A stretch of DNA of 64,000 nucleotides from an uncultured Chloroflexia bacterium (lineage in GTDB: Bacteria; Chloroflexota; Anaerolineae; JAAYZQ01): the NCBI GenBank assembly GCA_963700285.1, contig CAVOXA010000010.1, positions 2,048,001 to 2,112,000 on the forward strand, read 5' to 3'. The notes under the pieces were generated by a model. That model had not been told where the DNA came from and did not search any database. It was given only the letters and a program-made list of their open reading frames with translations. A program made the position numbers and the translations under genes. Numbering within the stretch: the first letter of the stretch is position 1; every line of letters starts with the position of its first letter. Below, one piece after another: positions 58,852 to 64,000 of the stretch.

Positions 58852-60004
58852 CGCACTGGCCGTTCATGCCGGTACCGGCCCTCAGAGCTCGCTGGTAGCT
58901 ATCCACCGTACACGCGGCGGTTCTCTGCCAGGAGAAATTCTTCGCCCGCACCAGGCCAGCCCTTCCCATTTCCTCCTGCACATCTGGGTGCGCCAGAACC
59001 TGTTCCATCGCTGCCGCCAGCGCCTCGCTGCTGGTTGGGTCAGCGAGCAGGCCAGCCTGCCCCACCACCTCGGGCAGCGACGAAGCTGCAGAGGTTACTA
59101 CCGGTGTTCCACACGCCATTGCCTCCAGTGGAGGTAGGCCAAAGCCTTCATAAAGTGAAGGATACACGAACAAACTGGCGGCATTGTACCAGAGGGGGAG
59201 CTCCTCAGCCGGCACATAACCCACGAAAATTACCTCGTCCTGCAGGTTCAGCATCTCCACGCGGGAAAAAATCTCATCATAGAGCCAACCTTTCCCGCCA
59301 AGCAGCATCAGTGGTGGCCGGGACCCGGGCAAGCGAGCGTAGGCCTCGATCAAGCAGGTTACGTTCTTGCGCGGCTCCAGGGTGCCGACAAATAGAATGA
59401 ATCGATCCGGCAGCTTATGTTGGCGCCGAAAGTCTGCCACTTTGGCGGATGGCACGGGGCGGAAATCTGGATCAACCCCATTGTGCACGACATCTACCTT
59501 GGCTGGCGAGATGCCATAGTACCGGATCAGATCGTGTTTTGTACTCTCTGACACGGCGATGATCCTCCGGGCCCGGTGTACCGACAACCGCGTAAATGCC
59601 CGTAGATAGACGCGGTTCAGCGCAGGAAAACTCTGGGGATATGAAAGAAAGCTCAGATCATGAACGGTGATTATGTAAGGACAGGTACCGACCTGAGGGC
59701 CCACAAAGGCCGTCCCATGGAGCAGATCGAGTCCAGCTTTCCGCGCAGACCAGGGTTGGATCGCCTGCTCCCAAAAGATGCGCGCCGGTGGGCGCTGCGT
59801 CGGAAGACGGGAAAACGCTAGATCGAGTCCTGCTCCTCCAGGATAGCGCCTTTCGCTCAGGAAAACCGTGTAGTCAATGTGTGGATTTACCTCCGGCAAG
59901 TGGCCCAGCAAGTGCTGGATATACGAGTTGATACCAGCGCTCCGGTAGGTGTCGGCCAAGGACAACAAATGGGCGTTCACCCCAACGTGAATCGCCCGTT
60001 CCAT
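58829..60004 (-). CDS. GT4 family glycosyltransferase
   Basis: TVHDL, VGTLEPRKN, PSLYEGFGLPPLEAMACGTPV. Confidence 0.94.
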   Translation of the reverse strand: MERAIHVGVNAHLLSLADTYRSAGINSYIQHLLGHLPEVNPHIDYTVFLSERRYPGGAGLDLAFSRLPTQRPPARIFWEQAIQPWSARKAGLDLLHGTAFVGPQVGTCPYIITVHDLSFLSYPQSFPALNRVYLRAFTRLSVHRARRIIAVSESTKHDLIRYYGISPAKVDVVHNGVDPDFRPVPSAKVADFRRQHKLPDRFILFVGTLEPRKNVTCLIEAYARLPGSRPPLMLLGGKGWLYDEIFSRVEMLNLQDEVIFVGYVPAEELPLWYNAASLFVYPSLYEGFGLPPLEAMACGTPVVTSAASSLPEVVGQAGLLADPTSSEALAAAMEQVLAHPDVQEEMGRAGLVRAKNFSWQRTAACTVDSYQRALRAGTGMNGQCDGGGSRV

Positions 60005-60086
60005 GTTATGCCTCACAGCGCCCATTATACCACAGAACCGTCCGGCGTCAAAGCCGGGCCAGAAATGGTGAGGCACACAAGGCCGT

Positions 60087-61343
60087 TCATAATGAACCAT
60101 CCCTCACAAACAGGGCAACCGACTCAACATGAAAGGTCTGAGGTAAGAGGTCCAGAGGTTGGACAATTTGCAAATGGTAGCCACCTTCGACCAGGCGGCG
60201 GGCATCGCGCGCCAAAGTGGCAGGATCGCAGGATACGTAGGCGACCCGCTGGGGCTGCAATCGCACGATCTCTTCAACGATTTGCTTCCCAGCACCGGAT
60301 CTCGGCGGATCGATCACCATCAGGTCTATTGGGCCTTCCAGACCGGAGAGTGCCGCCTGTGTCTTGCCCTCGATGGGAACGATATGCTCCAGGCCTTGCG
60401 CATTGTATCGAAGATCGGCAATGGCGCTGGGATCCGCCTCCACGCCGATGACGCGTTTCACATGATCGGCCAGGGCCAATCCAAAGAGTCCCACTCCACA
60501 GTAGACGTCCACCAGGGTTTCACTGCCTGTGGGAACCAGGCACTCTTGTACCAGCGCCACCAGTGCCTCGGCCCCGGCTGTGTTCTCCTGGAATGAACTG
60601 CCAGCCGACACCCGGTATTCGCGCCCAGCGACCTGCTCAACCAGATAGGGATTGCCCATCAACACCACGACCTCACCGTCGGCCAGTAGGAGCGTGCACG
60701 ACACCGGAAAATCCACCTCGATGTCGAAATCCTCATAGTGATCCAACTCAAAGACGGCCAGCAAGTCACCCGTGGCCGAACCGCAGCGCAGGCTTAGCCG
60801 ATAGAGCTGGGGCCACTCCATGTCAAGAGCCGCCCACAGGTCGTCGAGCAGGGGATCGAGGATGAGGCATTCCTTGACAGGAACAACATCGAGTGCCTCA
60901 TCAGCGCTATCGGTCGTTAGAAAGCCAAGGGTTCCCTCTGGGGTGAGGCTGAACAGGGCATGGTTGCGATAGCCCCATGGCTCAGCAGCGCCGATGGTAT
61001 CTTGAACGTCTATGTCCCGCAGGTCACCCAGACGGGCCAATTGATCTATCACCACCTGCTGTTTGAGTTCAGCCTGCATCTCGTAGGCGATATGCTGCAG
61101 GTGGCAACCGCTACACTGTCCTGGACCAAAGTGGGGGCATGGCGGCTCGACACGGTGAGGCGAGGGCTCCAGTACTTCTAGCAGACGCGCTCGTGCCCAG
61201 CGGGTGTGGACTTTGACAATCTCGACGCGCACCCTTTCGCCCGGAATCGTGTAGGGCACAAAAATGACCCGCCCCGAGTGGAGGCCTAGCGCCGATCCGC
61301 CATGGGCCATGGCCGAAAGCTGCAGTTCAACAATCTCAGACAT
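60087..61343 (-). CDS. rlmD: 23S rRNA (uracil-5)-methyltransferase, RlmD/RumA family (TRAM and 4Fe-4S)
   Basis: TRAM domain; CPHF...CSGC; DVYCGVG; DPPRSG; YVSCDPATLARD; PQT.HVE. Confidence 0.88.
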   Translation of the reverse strand: MSEIVELQLSAMAHGGSALGLHSGRVIFVPYTIPGERVRVEIVKVHTRWARARLLEVLEPSPHRVEPPCPHFGPGQCSGCHLQHIAYEMQAELKQQVVIDQLARLGDLRDIDVQDTIGAAEPWGYRNHALFSLTPEGTLGFLTTDSADEALDVVPVKECLILDPLLDDLWAALDMEWPQLYRLSLRCGSATGDLLAVFELDHYEDFDIEVDFPVSCTLLLADGEVVVLMGNPYLVEQVAGREYRVSAGSSFQENTAGAEALVALVQECLVPTGSETLVDVYCGVGLFGLALADHVKRVIGVEADPSAIADLRYNAQGLEHIVPIEGKTQAALSGLEGPIDLMVIDPPRSGAGKQIVEEIVRLQPQRVAYVSCDPATLARDARRLVEGGYHLQIVQPLDLLPQTFHVESVALFVRDGSL

Positions 61344-61346
61344 AGG

Positions 61347-62132
61347 TCATCCCGCTGGAGGACGCCAGATCCGCTCCCCCAGTCCAGTTCCAGGCGCACG
61401 AGTGGCTGCAAAGGCCCACACCCGGCTGGGCATCGCCTCGCTTCCGCCGAAAAGAACGATCATCTGGGTTCGATAGTAACCCAAAGCGGAAACCTTGGCA
61501 GTCAGATTGGCAGCATCAAGGGCTATCATCTCGGGCTGCCAGCCGTCCGCCTTAGCCGGCTGCAAGGCCGGCTCCAAAGCCCCTGGCCTTTCTGCGTAGG
61601 GATAGTCTTCGTAGAAGGCCACGCGGTAGCCCCGGGCCAGGAGTTGCCGGGCCACCCTGTGTACGATCTGGTGATCTACATGGCGGCCTACTCCCAGCGG
61701 CGCATAAACCACCGTCATCTCATCTGAGGAGATAGCGCCATCCAAAAGGGCGAGCAACCCATCCGCACCTTCCTGTCCCAAGCCATCGGCCGGATGTACT
61801 CCTCCAAGAAGCGCTTCTACGTCTGCATACAACGGTTGGCTTCCGGCGCCGGTACGGTAGACAGCGTCCAGGTACCCCAGATGCTGCACACCGGCGCCGA
61901 GAAGCGCCAGCGCCGCGGCGTCTTCAGCTCGCCGCAGTGCCATCGGCTGGGGGGGATTGCCCCAATAATCGTGCTGCTCTCGGGCAAAAGGGGCAAGGGC
62001 ATCGTCTCGCACATCCCCGGCAAAGACGGTAATTACCCGGACCAACTCACCGCCGGTCGTTTGACGGTGGATAGCACCACCGCAAGACAACACGGCATCA
62101 TCCAGGTGTGGCGAAAGATAGATATGGTTCAC
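61347..62132 (-). CDS. PIG-L family deacetylase
   Basis: LSPHLDDAVLSCGG, R.AED, HVDH, YEDYPY. Confidence 0.92.
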   Translation of the reverse strand: MNHIYLSPHLDDAVLSCGGAIHRQTTGGELVRVITVFAGDVRDDALAPFAREQHDYWGNPPQPMALRRAEDAAALALLGAGVQHLGYLDAVYRTGAGSQPLYADVEALLGGVHPADGLGQEGADGLLALLDGAISSDEMTVVYAPLGVGRHVDHQIVHRVARQLLARGYRVAFYEDYPYAERPGALEPALQPAKADGWQPEMIALDAANLTAKVSALGYYRTQMIVLFGGSEAMPSRVWAFAATRAPGTGLGERIWRPPAG

Positions 62133-62160
62133 CTATCTAGATCCAACTGCGAACGTTCTG

Positions 62161-62288
62161 GAACTCGGCCCATCCGCTTGCCTCTGTACAGCTGCCGTCC
62201 CGCAAAGTGGCGCCGGTCCCGGCGCGGGCCAATACAGTCTCTGGTACGAGATGGCCCTGGGGACAGGGTTCGAGCGAGTTCGATGCCG
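62161..62288 (-). ncRNA. Candidate structured RNA (small RNA or leader)
   Basis: Follows a TTGCAT-N17-TATACT promoter; ends pair (GAACTCG/CGAGTTC) and enclose nested stems; family not recognised. Confidence 0.45.
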
Positions 62289-62294
62289 AATCCC

Positions 62295-62323
62295 AGTATA
62301 ACACCATTGCAACCACGATGCAA
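62295..62323 (-). promoter_or_regulatory. Sigma70 promoter
   Basis: TTGCAT-N17-TATACT with extended TG on the minus strand. Confidence 0.7.
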
Positions 62324-62328
62324 CCAGC

Positions 62329-62367
62329 AACAGAAACCGGGCCGTCACCGGTGAAAGTGAGGCCCGG
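62329..62367 (-). terminator. Terminator after the DUF4126-like gene
   Basis: CCGGGCCTCAC...GTGACGGCCCGG followed by TTTCTGTT. Confidence 0.7.
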
Positions 62368-62480
62368 CATAGACTGCTGTCTAAAAGAATCATACTCATC
62401 AGAAGAGCACGACAGGCAGGAAGCCACTGCAATCCAGCCGCATTCGCTGTGAGGATGCGTCCTGGTTCAGTGCTCGGGTT

Positions 62481-63050
62481 CTACCACCATGCTGGCATTT
62501 CCTGTCGCCGCCTTAATTTGTGGCGGACAAATAGGAAGAGCAGCAATAGCAGAAGCAGCAGACCCAGGATGGGTAACAGGATAGCCAGGACCGCAAGCAC
62601 GAGAGAAAGCACATCCTCAGCCGTACTCACCACTGGATTGCCCACCCCCGCCGTGGTTGCTGTCACAACCGGCCGCGCCGTAGCCTTGACGGCATGTACG
62701 CTGCCCGCCACCAGCAGCCCACAGACCAAAGCCAGGACCGGGTGGGCATCCGTAATGACCCCGGCGCTGGCCGCAAAGAGCACCGCGCCAGCTACCGGGC
62801 GGACGAATGTCTGGATCCCGTCGTTGACCGAATCCACAGCCGGCACCTTGTCCACCAAGATCTCGATGAGCAGCAACACCACCAAGACCCCGATCACCCA
62901 CCAACTCTCCAGAGTATCCCACGGAGGCTTGAGGGTGATGAGATCGGTGAAGCGTGCCAACAAAGCTACCACGAGCAGGGGTAGGTAGGCGTTTAGACCC
63001 GCCGACGTAGACAGGCCAAAAGCAGTAAAGACGCTCAGCAGCCCATCCAT
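62481..63050 (-). CDS. DUF4126-like membrane protein
   Basis: GLSTSAGLNAYLPLL, E...DKVPAVD..ND, RPVAGA, NPVVS.AED. Confidence 0.9.
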   Translation of the reverse strand: MDGLLSVFTAFGLSTSAGLNAYLPLLVVALLARFTDLITLKPPWDTLESWWVIGVLVVLLLIEILVDKVPAVDSVNDGIQTFVRPVAGAVLFAASAGVITDAHPVLALVCGLLVAGSVHAVKATARPVVTATTAGVGNPVVSTAEDVLSLVLAVLAILLPILGLLLLLLLLFLFVRHKLRRRQEMPAWW

Positions 63051-63206
63051 CTCTTTGCCTTTCCGCGAACGCGGCTTTTGCCCAAGATGATGCTCATATC
63101 CATCTACCGCTAGACTTTGCCTTGAGACGCGATCCCAGAGCCGATCCCCAGATGACTCGAACAGGAACTCGCAACCAGCTTGCTCCTGAACCGCCCATCG
63201 GGCGCC

Positions 63207-63701
63207 CTAGTAGCCACCTGCACTCATGGCTCCAACCAAACCACAGGCCGCGACGGCCCCAAAGACCAGGCACCCGACCACGATCAGTCCAATCGCGATC
63301 CAGCCCATGACAATGCCCGCCAGGGCCAGTCCGTCGCCAGAGACCTCGTCTGGCCGCGCGCGGATATCCCTGCGGGCCATGTAGCCCAGGACAATGGCCA
63401 GGATACCACCCACAATGGGCAGTATCGTCAGTCCCGCGACACCCGATACCAGGGCGGCTACAGCCAGCCCGCTGGTGGGTACGGATGGCGACGCTGCGGC
63501 CGGGGGCGGCGGCTCAGCCGGCGCTACCTTCGCAACCTCTACGGCGACATCTTCCTCAAGATGCTCATCTATGACTTTATCCACAGTGTCGCTCTCCTGA
63601 AGCATCTCGACAAAAACATCTTCCGCGTTCATTGCGGCGCCGCAATTGCCGCAGAAATCGGCTTCGTCCTGATTGGGCGCACCACACATGGGACAGAACA
63701 T
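63207..63701 (-). CDS. Zinc-ribbon plus DUF4190-like membrane protein
   Basis: MFCPMCGA.N...A.FC.NCG; TSGLAVAALV.G...AIVLGYMA...G.GLALAG...GW. Confidence 0.88.
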   Translation of the reverse strand: MFCPMCGAPNQDEADFCGNCGAAMNAEDVFVEMLQESDTVDKVIDEHLEEDVAVEVAKVAPAEPPPPAAASPSVPTSGLAVAALVSGVAGLTILPIVGGILAIVLGYMARRDIRARPDEVSGDGLALAGIVMGWIAIGLIVVGCLVFGAVAACGLVGAMSAGGY

Positions 63702-63786
63702 TTTCAACCTCCGTTGCAAAAGTCCAAGCAGGCGCTACGACGATCCAGAAGAGACCATCGCAGCGCCTGTCAATATGGGAGCCAGC

Positions 63787-64000
63787 CTAGTCCTCGACTT
63801 GCTCTTCGTCGGTCTCCGGGGCCTCATCCTCATCGGGCTCAAAGACGACCGTGTCTTCCTCAACCACCGGTGCGATAGCCATCAGTTGGCCCTTGGCTTC
63901 TACGTAGGCCTGGCCGTACAGGTGGCCGATGACCATCACCGCGTAGGGCATGGTTACCAGCCAGCCAATGCCGCACACGAGGCTGCCGAGGTTGCCGATG
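63787..64000 (-). CDS. C-terminal part of a membrane protein (DUF4013-like); start is outside the window
   Basis: CGIG...PY..MV.GHLYGQAY followed by an acidic tail; frame open to the window edge. Confidence 0.65.
   Translation of the reverse strand, partial: IGNLGSLVCGIGWLVTMPYAVMVIGHLYGQAYVEAKGQLMAIAPVVEEDTVVFEPDEDEAPETDEEQVED

Noticed and set aside
62380-62410. CTGATGAG on the minus strand as a hammerhead ribozyme core
   Set aside because: No correctly placed GAAA or stems II/III
63577-63585. Perfect DnaA box TTATCCACA
   Set aside because: Single copy inside a coding sequence; plausible by chance

Overview
A 64-kb chromosomal window of about 60% GC (estimated by eye) from a bacterium that looks like Chloroflexota (Anaerolineae-like). 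That assignment is inferred from the fused glyQS, a C-terminal 'FLPLVxR'-type tail on a C25 peptidase, an LGFP-like 'FPxTG' repeat and a DUF2723 protein. Housekeeping genes: purB (partial), recO, glyQS, scpA, tkt, the mnmE-jag-yidC-yidD-rnpA-rpmH cluster (no adjacent dnaA), tRNA-Val(GAC), mtaB, thrC, recF and rlmD. Envelope genes: two Wzz/CapA-like proteins with a BY-kinase, three GT4 enzymes, a WcaJ-like priming transferase, an LCP protein, two GT-C-like membrane proteins and a large GH plus double-amidase protein. Accessory content: a c-di-AMP (ydaO) riboswitch upstream of an unknown 50-aa peptide; two copies of a MITE, one nested in an IS3 remnant; a glycyl-radical enzyme with an unusual GCQW Cys loop plus its activase, flanked by deleted aldolase and dehydratase genes; a 3x35-bp repeat array between tRNA-Val and a decayed IS; several REP-like hairpins; and a promoter-driven, roughly 120-nt structured RNA candidate. 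Four core genes each carry a single +1 frameshift, which suggests long-read sequencing errors. All family assignments come from motif recognition by eye, not from database searches.
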